From positions 2,176,001 through 2,240,000 of the forward strand of contig OY759599.1 of NCBI GenBank assembly GCA_963662465.1: DNA of 64,000 nucleotides, read 5' to 3'. The position numbers and the translations under genes are program-made. The notes below the pieces were generated by a model. That model saw nothing but the letters and a program-made list of their open reading frames with translations, did not search any database and was not told the origin of the DNA. The stretch is from Desulfatiglandales bacterium (lineage in GTDB: Bacteria; Desulfobacterota; DSM-4660; Desulfatiglandales; Desulfatiglandaceae). Numbering within the stretch: position 1 is the stretch's first letter; each line of letters starts with the position of its first letter. Below are positions 38,988 through 47,762 of this stretch, piece by piece.

Positions 38988-39629
38988 ATGACCAAAATCC
39001 AAAAGATACCCAAGGCAACCATCACCCGGCTTTCCATGTACTACCGGCAACTGGAACTGCTGGAGTTTGACGGGTATCGAATGGTTTCCTCTGAGAAAAT
39101 GGCATGGTTATGCCAGATCAATCCGGCGCAAGTGAGAAAAGACCTCGGCTATTTTGGAGAATTCGGCATCAGGGGTGTGGGTTATGATGTCATTGAACTT
39201 CAAACTCAAATTAAGAAAATACTGTCCGTCAATCGAGACTGGAATCTTGGCATTGTCGGGATAGGCAACATGGGATGCGCAATTTTGCTGCACAGAAACC
39301 TGGCTCTCAGAGGCTTCAAGTGTGTCGCGGCATTTGACAATTCCCCGGACAAAATTGGAAACCCGCTTCCCGGGGGGATGAAAATACGGGATATCAAGGA
39401 ATTGAAAACAGCCATCAGGGATCTGGACATTGAAATCGGCGTGATCACCACCCCGGTTTCCGAGGCCCAGAAGGCAGCGGATCTCTTGCTGGATGGCCAT
39501 GTGAACGCTATTTTGAATTTCGCGCCCACCCGCATCAAGGTACCCGACTGCTGCCTGGTTGAAAATATCGAATTTACGGTTATCCTGGACATCCTGGCTT
39601 ACAAACTCCATCAGAAAATGGCCGCTTAA
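38988..39629 (+). CDS. rex: redox-sensing transcriptional repressor
   Basis: IPKATITRLSMYYR, QVRKDLGYFGEFGIRGVGY, GIGNMG, ILNFAP. Confidence 0.95.
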   Translation: MTKIQKIPKATITRLSMYYRQLELLEFDGYRMVSSEKMAWLCQINPAQVRKDLGYFGEFGIRGVGYDVIELQTQIKKILSVNRDWNLGIVGIGNMGCAILLHRNLALRGFKCVAAFDNSPDKIGNPLPGGMKIRDIKELKTAIRDLDIEIGVITTPVSEAQKAADLLLDGHVNAILNFAPTRIKVPDCCLVENIEFTVILDILAYKLHQKMAA

Positions 39630-39677
39630 GGCTTAGGAAATAACAATGGTTAATAAAAAAACAGGGAGGAAAAATTT

Positions 39678-40760
39678 GTGAAAAAACTAATGGTAATCAT
39701 CATCGGACTTTTTTCCGTCGCCCTCTGGGTAAACGTAGCTTTCTGCCAAAACGATGTGGGACCCAGAATGGTGGTCGAGGAACGGGAATTCGATTTTAAA
39801 GAGGTCAAAGAGGGAACAACCCTGGAACATGCCTTTATAATCCGCAACAAAGGCAATGAACCCCTTGAAATCATCAGCGTCAGACCCGGCTGAGGCTGTG
39901 CGGTGGCCAATTTTGACAAGGCCATTCCTCCGGGTGAGGAAGGAAAGATAACGCTTAAGGTCAGAACCAAAGGATATCAGGGAATGATTCGCAAGGCTGC
40001 CAGGGTCAAAACCAACGACCCAGCCAACCAAAATGTGGTGCTGGTGGTCAAAGCCATCGTCAAAACCCCCATTTATGTATCTTCCCGGTATGTTCGGTTT
40101 TCCGGCAAGGGGGATCGGGAGATCGGAAAAACCATTAAAATCCGTGGGGAACTGGATAAGCCCCTGAATCTCACGGTGGCTGATTTCACCCTTAAAGACA
40201 AGCTGAAATACACCATTGAAACCATTCTGAAGGAAAAAGAATACCAGATTCAGTTCGCATATCTACCCACCATCAAAGAAAATTTCAACGGAATCCTGAA
40301 AATCAAAACCGACTATCCGGAAATGCCGGAGATTACCATTGTGATTCATGGCCAATTTAACCAAACCCGCCCCCCTGGAAATGCCGGATTACAAAACATG
40401 AAAAAGAGGGCGCCGGCAAAGCCCCCAACCGTCATTAAGGCGCCTATTTACGTTTCTTCTCGCTATATCCGACTTTACGGGAAAAAAAATGAGGAAATCA
40501 GCAAGGTTGCGGAAGTACATGCAAAACTGGATAAGCCCTTGAATCTCACGGTGGCTGATTTCACCCTTAAAGACAAGCTGAAATACACCATTGAAACCAT
40601 GGAAAATGGGAAAAAGTACCAAATAAAATTTACGACCTTACCGGGCGTCAATCACAAGTACAATGGTATTTTGAAATTGAAAACCAATTATCCGGAGATG
40701 CCGGCAATCACCTTCGTCATTCATGGTCGATTCATGGAAAGCAAAGATAATGTCCAATAG
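39678..40760 (+). CDS. exported DUF1573-type Ig-like repeat protein, probable selenoprotein (TGA 39891-39893)
   Basis: Two in-frame ORFs joined by one TGA give VRPG-U-GCAVA; signal peptide; GGGAG RBS; downstream hairpin. Confidence 0.8.
39902..39926 (+). promoter_or_regulatory. candidate bacterial SECIS hairpin
   Basis: GTGGCC-AATTTTGACAA-GGCCAT starting about 10 nt after the in-frame TGA, G in loop. Confidence 0.55.
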
Positions 40761-41205
40761 TCCACAAAAAGTGGTTGAAATTTTTACGGATGGCGCCTGC
40801 AGCGGCAATCCGGGGCCGGGAGGGTACGGCGCCCTGCTTAAATGCGGCCCAACGACAAAAGAGATTTCGGGCTGTGAACCGGACACCACCAACAACCGTA
40901 TGGAGATGATGGCCGTCATTGAGGCCCTTCGCCGGCTCAAGCGTCCGTGCCGTATCATTCTGACAACGGATTCTCAATATGTCATGAAGGGAATGACCCA
41001 GTGGATTCATGGCTGGATCAAGAAAAACTGGATGAATTCCCAGAAAAAGCCCGTCCTGAACAAGGACCTTTGGGAGGAAATGCTGCAGTTGAGCAAGCCT
41101 CATCAGATCCAATGGAAATGGGTCAGAGGACACCAGGGACATACTGAGAATGAACGTTGCGATTATCTGGCCACAGAGGCCCTTAAAAAATGCAAACCTT
41201 TATGA
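40750..41205 (+). CDS. rnhA: ribonuclease HI
   Basis: [38 protein letters not shown]. Confidence 0.95.
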   Translation: MSNSPQKVVEIFTDGACSGNPGPGGYGALLKCGPTTKEISGCEPDTTNNRMEMMAVIEALRRLKRPCRIILTTDSQYVMKGMTQWIHGWIKKNWMNSQKKPVLNKDLWEEMLQLSKPHQIQWKWVRGHQGHTENERCDYLATEALKKCKPL

Positions 41206-41302
41206 CAAGGGATTTGCCGCTCCCGCGAATGAAAATAACATCTACCGCTTTTAAGCTAACAGCTAACGGCTAACGGCTAACAGCTGTATTTTCATGGTAA
41301 AA
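41196..41302 (+). repeat. second copy of GCTAAnn heptamer element
   Basis: Matches 35907-36010 with one extra heptamer; contains the rnhA stop codon. Confidence 0.85.
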
Positions 41303-41325
41303 CGCATTGATACGGAGCTTCCAAG

Positions 41326-42432
41326 ATGAAATGCCCCAAATGCAACTACATCAGTTTCGATTTCAACCGGACCTGTCCGAAATGCGGGAACGATAACACA
41401 GAGGAACAGGCCCGGTTGAACCTGTCTCCCAATAAACCAAATCCACCCTTCTTTCTAGCCGCTCTTATTGGGGTACAGGATTCTCCAAATTACGAAATCT
41501 CCGCCAACGAAAATGACATTGCTTTTCCCGGGACACCCCACGAAGAGTTTGATGCACAGGAATTGTTGATTGCCCTTGACGACCTGCAAACGGATGAGTC
41601 CAAACCGGATGTTCTGGAACCGCTGGACAGCGGGGAAAATGAAATTTTATTTGAGCTGGATCCAACAGAGGACTCCCCAACCACCGAGAAGCCGTTAGAC
41701 GAAATAGAGTTTTTCAGCGCCGAAAATACACCGGAAGATCCGAATGATGAGGAATTGTTGCTGACTCTGGACGATTTCCCGGAAAATGAATCCACTTCGG
41801 ATACTTTGGCGTCAAGTCAACCCAAAGAAGAGGAAATTGCCTTTGAACTGGATGATCCATTTGAACCGGTAAACCCACCTGTCGAAAAAGGCACTCTCAA
41901 TAAATTTGACGACATCCAGACGGATGAACAAGATGTTTTCCTGGAAGAAGTTCCCGAGCCAAGCAATGAAGTGGATCTTTTCCTGGAAGAGGACGTCCCG
42001 ATCATAGAGATACGGGAAGACGAAGCAGAACTTTCCAGCGATCAGAATATGCCGGAAGAATTGGATGCTCAGGATTTATTGCTAACCTTTGATGACCTCA
42101 CGGAAGATGATGTTACAACTGATCCCCTGACGTCAAGTCAACCCAAAGAAAAGGAAATCGCCTTTGAACTGGATGATCCATTTGAACCGGAGAGCCTACC
42201 TGCCGAAAAAGACAAAGATGCCTTTGAAGAGAAGGGATTCTGGAATTCCGACGAAATAGAAAAACAAATGGCTGCCTTTGGCCTTGAAGAAACCGATGAA
42301 AAAAAAGCGGATATCGCTCAGAAAGAAACGGTTGACGAAAAAAAGAACGATGATTTTTTTCTAGAGTTGGATCTGGAACCTTTGGATCTTGAATTGCCTT
42401 TCGAAGATACGGAGAAAAATCCTCAGCCTTGA
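41326..42432 (+). CDS. zinc-ribbon protein with long acidic repetitive tail
   Basis: MKCPKCNYISFD...CPKC; repeated SSQPKExEIAFELDDPFEP. Confidence 0.8.
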   Translation: MKCPKCNYISFDFNRTCPKCGNDNTEEQARLNLSPNKPNPPFFLAALIGVQDSPNYEISANENDIAFPGTPHEEFDAQELLIALDDLQTDESKPDVLEPLDSGENEILFELDPTEDSPTTEKPLDEIEFFSAENTPEDPNDEELLLTLDDFPENESTSDTLASSQPKEEEIAFELDDPFEPVNPPVEKGTLNKFDDIQTDEQDVFLEEVPEPSNEVDLFLEEDVPIIEIREDEAELSSDQNMPEELDAQDLLLTFDDLTEDDVTTDPLTSSQPKEKEIAFELDDPFEPESLPAEKDKDAFEEKGFWNSDEIEKQMAAFGLEETDEKKADIAQKETVDEKKNDDFFLELDLEPLDLELPFEDTEKNPQP

Positions 42433-42500
42433 TCATCGTTCCAGCCATCCTGCGCAGGTCATTCCCCCTGTCCCCTGACAACTGCCCCCTGTGAACGGAT

Positions 42501-43139
42501 TTAAGACATCAAAACTGCTCGGACCGGCGCCCCCTCCCCTCCCCCGATTTTCAGGGGAAAACAGTACAGGGCATATTTGCCGACAGGAACCCCCTTCAGA
42601 TTAATACCTTCCAGGATCAAAATGTCGTTTCCAAGAATTTGCCGGTGTACAAAAGAGTCCGTGCTGCCATACTTTTCGATACTGATGTAATCGATCCCAA
42701 CCAGCCCAACCCGTTTACGGACGCACCAATCCGCTCCCTCCGGCGAGAGATAAACGAAGTCCTCTTGAAAAATTCCATTTTCAATGCGGCCCGTTGTTGA
42801 ATTTTGGGTTTTAAAAAGGATCGCCTCCCCGGACCGGACCTTCACCTTTTCCAGTTCCCGAACTGCAATTGACGTGGCGCTTCCAATGGGGACCACATGG
42901 GCCGAAAGAATGAATTTTTCAACGGGAAATTGGTCAATGGTTTTCCCGTCTGAAAAAAAATGCGACGGCGCATCCAGGTGCGTACCGGCGTGGGCGCTCA
43001 TGGTAATTTCGGAAAGATTACAATCATCCCCGCCTTGAATGGTTTGCACCATTTTTCGTTGATACGGGGTATCTCCGGGATAATTGATGGATTCAACACC
43101 CAGCAAAACGGATATGTCGTAGAATTTTTTGTGTGTCAT
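42501..43139 (-). CDS. cyclase family metal hydrolase (kynurenine formamidase-like)
   Basis: HAGTHLDAPSHF, VGIDY, GAPVRA. Confidence 0.9.
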   Translation of the reverse strand: MTHKKFYDISVLLGVESINYPGDTPYQRKMVQTIQGGDDCNLSEITMSAHAGTHLDAPSHFFSDGKTIDQFPVEKFILSAHVVPIGSATSIAVRELEKVKVRSGEAILFKTQNSTTGRIENGIFQEDFVYLSPEGADWCVRKRVGLVGIDYISIEKYGSTDSFVHRQILGNDILILEGINLKGVPVGKYALYCFPLKIGGGEGAPVRAVLMS

Positions 43140-43388
43140 CCGTCATTTCCTTGATTCAAATTTCGAGAGAAACCGGCATTTATCCTGCCACTTTTGAGAT
43201 GTCGCTTCATTTCAGGAGGTTTCGAAAGATACTCGCTGTATGATAGCCTTTGGCTCCGTATTTGACAACCACGAAAAAGTCAACATTGATTTAGTCGTTA
43301 TTAGCTTGTTTCTATTTAGTAAAAATATTATCGTATTGAAACTGCCTTACAGCCTGCCCCCGCAACCCAAAAGAAAGGACTTTAAAAA

Positions 43389-44261
43389 ATGAAACCACTT
43401 GCGGCATGTGCTCCGTGTGTTCTGGAATGGACCTTTGGGAGAACGGCATCTTCGATGGGTGAAAACGAAAGTATTGAATTGATGCGGACCCTGTTAGGGG
43501 TATTGCATAATGAATTCAAGGTAAATCAAAACTTAGGTTTCATTGCAAAGAGGCTCCTCGATGCGGTCAATCCCCAAATATTGGATGCCGCCGTTCTTTA
43601 TGATGAGATCAAGAAGAACACCAATCTCGCTGTAAAAGCATTGTTGCCCGCTGCCAGGCAATTTGTCCAAACAGGTAAAACACCGCAAGAACGTTTCGAG
43701 AGGGCGTGTTGCCTCGCATCAACGGGCAATGTTTCACCTCTCGCCGCACCCTCCGGAGTTCTCGAATTTTCCGATGCGGAAGGGTTGATGTCGGGAAGCG
43801 GTCCCTTCCCCATCGTAACAGACGATGTGTATGAAGCCGCCCGAAACAAAAAACGGGTGTTGTTCCTTTGCGATAACGCCGGGGAAATTGGTTTTGATTC
43901 CCTGCTCATAGAGCAACTCAAAACCATGGGGAGTACTGTTACCCTCGTCCTCAAGGAGGCGCCTTTTTTTGAAGATGCCACCCTTCAAGATGCCGTTTAC
44001 TTCGGTCTCGACAAGCTGAGCGACCGTATGCTGAGCGTCAAAACCCTTTTCATCCCCGGTGAGGAGGCCCCATCCGTGCTGGATGAAGCCTATCAGGAAA
44101 GTGATCTGGTGATCGCAAAAGGCACTTTCAATGTTGAGTCTCTTTACGGGGAAACCTTTGGAAAACCCGTCATTTTTATGCTGAAGGCCAAATGCGGGCC
44201 CCTTTCAAAAAAATTTGGCGTTGATCAGGGGAGTTTTATCGTCAGGCTTGAAAACGGTTAG
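43389..44261 (+). CDS. DUF89/ARMT1-like damage-control phosphatase family
   Basis: N-terminal CAPC, DNAGEIGFD, IAKG, LKAKC. Confidence 0.8.
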   Translation: MKPLAACAPCVLEWTFGRTASSMGENESIELMRTLLGVLHNEFKVNQNLGFIAKRLLDAVNPQILDAAVLYDEIKKNTNLAVKALLPAARQFVQTGKTPQERFERACCLASTGNVSPLAAPSGVLEFSDAEGLMSGSGPFPIVTDDVYEAARNKKRVLFLCDNAGEIGFDSLLIEQLKTMGSTVTLVLKEAPFFEDATLQDAVYFGLDKLSDRMLSVKTLFIPGEEAPSVLDEAYQESDLVIAKGTFNVESLYGETFGKPVIFMLKAKCGPLSKKFGVDQGSFIVRLENG

Positions 44262-44329
44262 CGTATGAGACGAAGAGGCGCTAACATGTGGGAACAGACA
44301 AAACGGAAGCGCTGGAATGGCCAACCGCC

Positions 44330-44470
44330 CTTTCATGGCGAAAGGGGAAAACCGAAGCGCTGCATGCACGATTCGTCATAGGCGCAGACGGCGCTGCTTC
44401 CGTGGTCCGCAGATCCATATTCCCTGATCTGAAGGTTCGTTTTTCGGGTCCCATCCGGGAATCACAGCCC
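44330..44470 (+). pseudogene. FAD-dependent (geranylgeranyl reductase-like) oxidoreductase fragment
   Basis: ARFVIGADGAASVVRR motif in a short ORF. Confidence 0.6.
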
Positions 44471-45052
44471 CGGGCATGGGGATATATATAGCCGCGTATT
44501 AAAGTAGATAGATATACCTTCGATGCTATCCTTAATAATCATACTGAATAGCTCTTCAGCAGTGTAGGTGCTTCTTCCGTAATATTGGGACAAATCGTCA
44601 GTGTAGAATTGAATATTTGCCATCTCTGTGATGAGGTGTACACTGGACGGTAAATCTGGTAACAACGCCCTGAGTGCGACTGAATGGACATACTGATTCC
44701 ATTTAAAAACAATATCCATCGCATACTTAATCACTTCGGGAGTAATGGCAATGGATGGGATAACGATTTCTGCGCCGCTTGTGTCTAAGACAACGATGTT
44801 TGTGTCTTCAATCTGCTCCCTGAGTAAAAGTTTAAGCGCTGCTCCGAACCAATCCTCAGTCGTTGCACGGATGGTAATGGTATAGCTGTCTTCATTTATT
44901 ACCGGCTCATTGATCTGGACCCTGTCGTCCAGACCGATAGCGTAAATCAGCTTATTGTAGGCGACCCACTCTGGGGGACTCAGTGCGCTTGCGTGAGAAA
45001 ACATACCAAGGATTGCTACCGAAATGAGGGCCAAACAAAATCTCTTTTTCAT
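44462..45052 (-). CDS. exported hypothetical protein
   Basis: Signal peptide MKKRFCL...ASA; GAGG RBS. Confidence 0.75.
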   Translation of the reverse strand: MKKRFCLALISVAILGMFSHASALSPPEWVAYNKLIYAIGLDDRVQINEPVINEDSYTITIRATTEDWFGAALKLLLREQIEDTNIVVLDTSGAEIVIPSIAITPEVIKYAMDIVFKWNQYVHSVALRALLPDLPSSVHLITEMANIQFYTDDLSQYYGRSTYTAEELFSMIIKDSIEGISIYFNTRLYISPCPGL

Positions 45053-45303
45053 ATCTACACCTCTTTGTTCTGTGTTATGGGGCTAGATCAGCCAAAGGGG
45101 ACCACGAAACTTAAAAAAACAATACCATGGGCAACCATATCGCACAAGCCATTTATCAGCGCTATCGCATGAAATAATATTAAAAAGTCTCCGTGGTTGT
45201 TTATGATCGGAAAGGCAGGGTACTATACGCTTGTTTTTCACTTGGTGGGTATGGTATTTTTCAAAAAAACAAGGATATTTCATTCCCCAATGGAGGTAAA
45301 AAT

Positions 45304-46221
45304 ATGCGTTTAGTTACAAGATCAGATTTTGATGGCCTCGGATGTGCGGCCGTTCTAAAGGAAGTGGGCAAGATTGACGACATCAAATTCGTACACCCCA
45401 AAGACATTCAAGACGGCATCATAGAAATCACTTCGAAAGATATCTTGGCCAACATACCCTACGTACCGGGCTGCGGGATCTGGTTCGACCACCACTCAAG
45501 CGAACACGAACGTAAGGCATTCGGTGACTTCGAAGGAGACAGCGATCCCTCGGCTCCCAGTGCTGCCCGGGTGATCTACAACTTCTACGGTGGATACGAC
45601 AAGCTGAAAAATGACCATCTGAACAATCTGGTCCAGGCAGTGGACAAGGCCGATTCGGCACAATTTACCAGGGAGGAGATTCTCGATCCCACTGGATGGG
45701 TACTCCTATCTTTTGTAATGGACCCCCGCACCGGTTTGGGTCGATACAGAGATTACCGAATCAGCAACTATGCCCTCATGATGGACATGATCGACTATTG
45801 CCGAGAGAAGACCGACAAGGAGATTCTCGATATCTCTGACATCAAAGAGCGAACCGACCGCTATTTCGAACAGGACAAACTGTTCCGCGAAATGCTGCTC
45901 AAAAACAGCACAAAGCACGAATCAGTGGTGCTGGTTGACCTACGCAATCAGGAGGAAATATATACAGGAAACCGCTTTCTGCTATACAGCCTCTTTCCTG
46001 AGCAGAACATTTCAATGCAGGTCATGTGGGGATTTAAGCGTCAGAATATCGTGATTACCTGTGGTTACAGCATCATCAACAGAAGCGCTACCGTGGATGT
46101 GGGATCCTTGATGCTGAAGCATGGAGGCGGCGGGCACCACAAAGTAGGAACCTGTCAGATACCTGTAGAAAAAGCGGACGAAGTAATTCAGGAAATCCTG
46201 GAAACGCTGAACAACGAGTGA
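45304..46221 (+). CDS. DHH-family phosphoesterase
   Basis: RSDFDG, FDHH, GGGGH; GGAGG RBS. Confidence 0.88.
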   Translation: MRLVTRSDFDGLGCAAVLKEVGKIDDIKFVHPKDIQDGIIEITSKDILANIPYVPGCGIWFDHHSSEHERKAFGDFEGDSDPSAPSAARVIYNFYGGYDKLKNDHLNNLVQAVDKADSAQFTREEILDPTGWVLLSFVMDPRTGLGRYRDYRISNYALMMDMIDYCREKTDKEILDISDIKERTDRYFEQDKLFREMLLKNSTKHESVVLVDLRNQEEIYTGNRFLLYSLFPEQNISMQVMWGFKRQNIVITCGYSIINRSATVDVGSLMLKHGGGGHHKVGTCQIPVEKADEVIQEILETLNNE

Positions 46222-46304
46222 TCGTAAAGAAAAGGCTTGACCCGGCAGAATTCGGTGCATTCGTCATAAAGAATCGTATGTATTCGGAGCCCAACGATCC
46301 CATA

Positions 46305-46475
46305 GAATCAATGTCAGGTAATCCCGCGTGTGGACATGTGGGATTTTGAACGTTCATGGGGGTTGGCGTGGAAATCGAAATTTCGCGGTAAAAACGTGAA
46401 CGCGGGACAACCTGACCTACGGACGATACGACTTTTCCCCTCCTGGAAAGTTTTCACGTTAATCCGTGATGGGCC
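46305..46475. repeat. second copy of the 6434-6586 repeat followed by a MITE TIR (46451-46475)
   Basis: Direct sequence match to both elements. Confidence 0.85.
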
Positions 46476-46480
46476 AAAGG

Positions 46481-46681
46481 GGCTCATCGCGGATTAACGT
46501 GAAAATCGCTACTGACTTCGCTTTCGCACTCGTTCCCATGCTCTCCGTGGGAACGGTTTTCGGACGCTCTGCGTCCCGGTTTGGACCCCTAAGAAATGGG
46601 CCTGTAGCGGTTCAAAAGACGAATTGTCGGACGCGGAGCGTCCAAGGTAGGTTCCCACGCAGAGCATGGGAACCAGCCCGA
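46481..46681. mobile_element. truncated inverted copy of the 16445-16689 MITE
   Basis: Near-identical reverse complement; second TIR missing. Confidence 0.85.
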
Positions 46682-46862
46682 TCCGAAACTTCGGGAGCTG
46701 CTGGAGACGATCATCCCTGAAAACAATATGTTTGAAGATTTTGAGGTGGTCCACGATTTTCCCGGCATCGGCAGAAAAAAGATGCTGTTAAACGCCCGTA
46801 AAGTGAAGGGCGCAGTGAAGGAAAAGACGTTGATTTTGCCGGCCATGGAAGAGGTTGCGTGA
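46682..46862 (+). pseudogene. C-terminal PAS fragment (CheR-associated type)
   Basis: PKLRELLETIIPENNMFEDFEVVHDFPGIGRKKMLLNARK. Confidence 0.65.
46789..46862 (+). repeat. 74-bp direct repeat, copy 1
   Basis: Two mismatches versus 47632-47705. Confidence 0.92.
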
Positions 46863-46931
46863 GGGGGTTGCAAAACTGAGGCAGGCCCACAAAATAGAGA
46901 CCATCGGCAGGTTATATTTTCCGGCAGCGGT

Positions 46932-47192
46932 ATGGAGGCAAAAATGACAAAATTACTCAGAGAAGCATTTACCATGGCATCAGAAAGATATAATAGTCAG
47001 CAGGACAGGCTTGCATGTCTTATGATTGAGAATATGGACAGACTTTATGAACTTCTGGAAGAAGAGGCGGATGAACGAAATTTTGATGTTTGTGTCATTG
47101 AAGCTGTCAGCTCAGAAAAAATACGGAAACTGTTCGGAAAGGTAGCGGAAAAATACAGTTCCCAGAACTTAACTGAGATGAAGATAAAATGA
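46932..47192 (+). CDS. small acidic protein, putative antitoxin (start may be 46944)
   Basis: MTKLLREAF...; ATGA overlap with the next gene. Confidence 0.6.
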   Translation: MEAKMTKLLREAFTMASERYNSQQDRLACLMIENMDRLYELLEEEADERNFDVCVIEAVSSEKIRKLFGKVAEKYSSQNLTEMKIK

Positions 47193-47644
47193 AACGTATC
47201 CTTATTACCGACAGTTTTCGCAGGATTCTGAAAAAACACAGAAAGCACTTTAAGGAACAGGATATTGTGCTTAATATGAGGGAGTTTGTCCGTATCGGTT
47301 TCAGAAAAGGCGAAAGCAGACTGAAAACATTTATATCAGAAGGTGTTACAATTGAAATTGTCAAACTTCGCATCCGTCTTGCTCAGTCAGTAGGGCGTTA
47401 TCTTCTCGCAATCATAGACGGAAATGAACATATCCCGTTTTTTATTGATTTGAAAACAGGATATTATGGAAAGAATCTGAGTTTTGAGACAAATAAAAGA
47501 GTGGTTTCAATGCTGGAAAAGGCACTTGAAAATGCGATGACCGATTATTTGGAACATACGGAAGGAAACCTGAAAGCAGAAGAATATCTGATTGAGCAGG
47601 AATCAGATGAACTATCTGAGCAACGGACAACTAAACGCCCGTAA
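47189..47644 (+). CDS. hypothetical protein, putative RelE-like toxin
   Basis: ILITDSFRRILKK start, KLRIR...GRYL; translationally coupled to upstream gene. Confidence 0.5.
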   Translation: MKRILITDSFRRILKKHRKHFKEQDIVLNMREFVRIGFRKGESRLKTFISEGVTIEIVKLRIRLAQSVGRYLLAIIDGNEHIPFFIDLKTGYYGKNLSFETNKRVVSMLEKALENAMTDYLEHTEGNLKAEEYLIEQESDELSEQRTTKRP

Positions 47645-47705
47645 AGTGAAGGGCGCAGTGGAGGAAAAGACGTTGATTTTGCCGGCCATGGAAGAGGTTG
47701 GGTGA
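47632..47705 (+). repeat. 74-bp direct repeat, copy 2
   Basis: Matches 46789-46862. Confidence 0.92.
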
Positions 47706-47762
47706 TGGATTTCCAAAGATGTCTCACGCAAAGGCGCAAAGAGTCGACAAAGGAGTTGGATC

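Noticed and set aside
46466..46754. Short ORFs over MITE/REP copies (also 16394-16582, 25497-25727, 6288-6500)
   Set aside because: Translations of non-coding repeats
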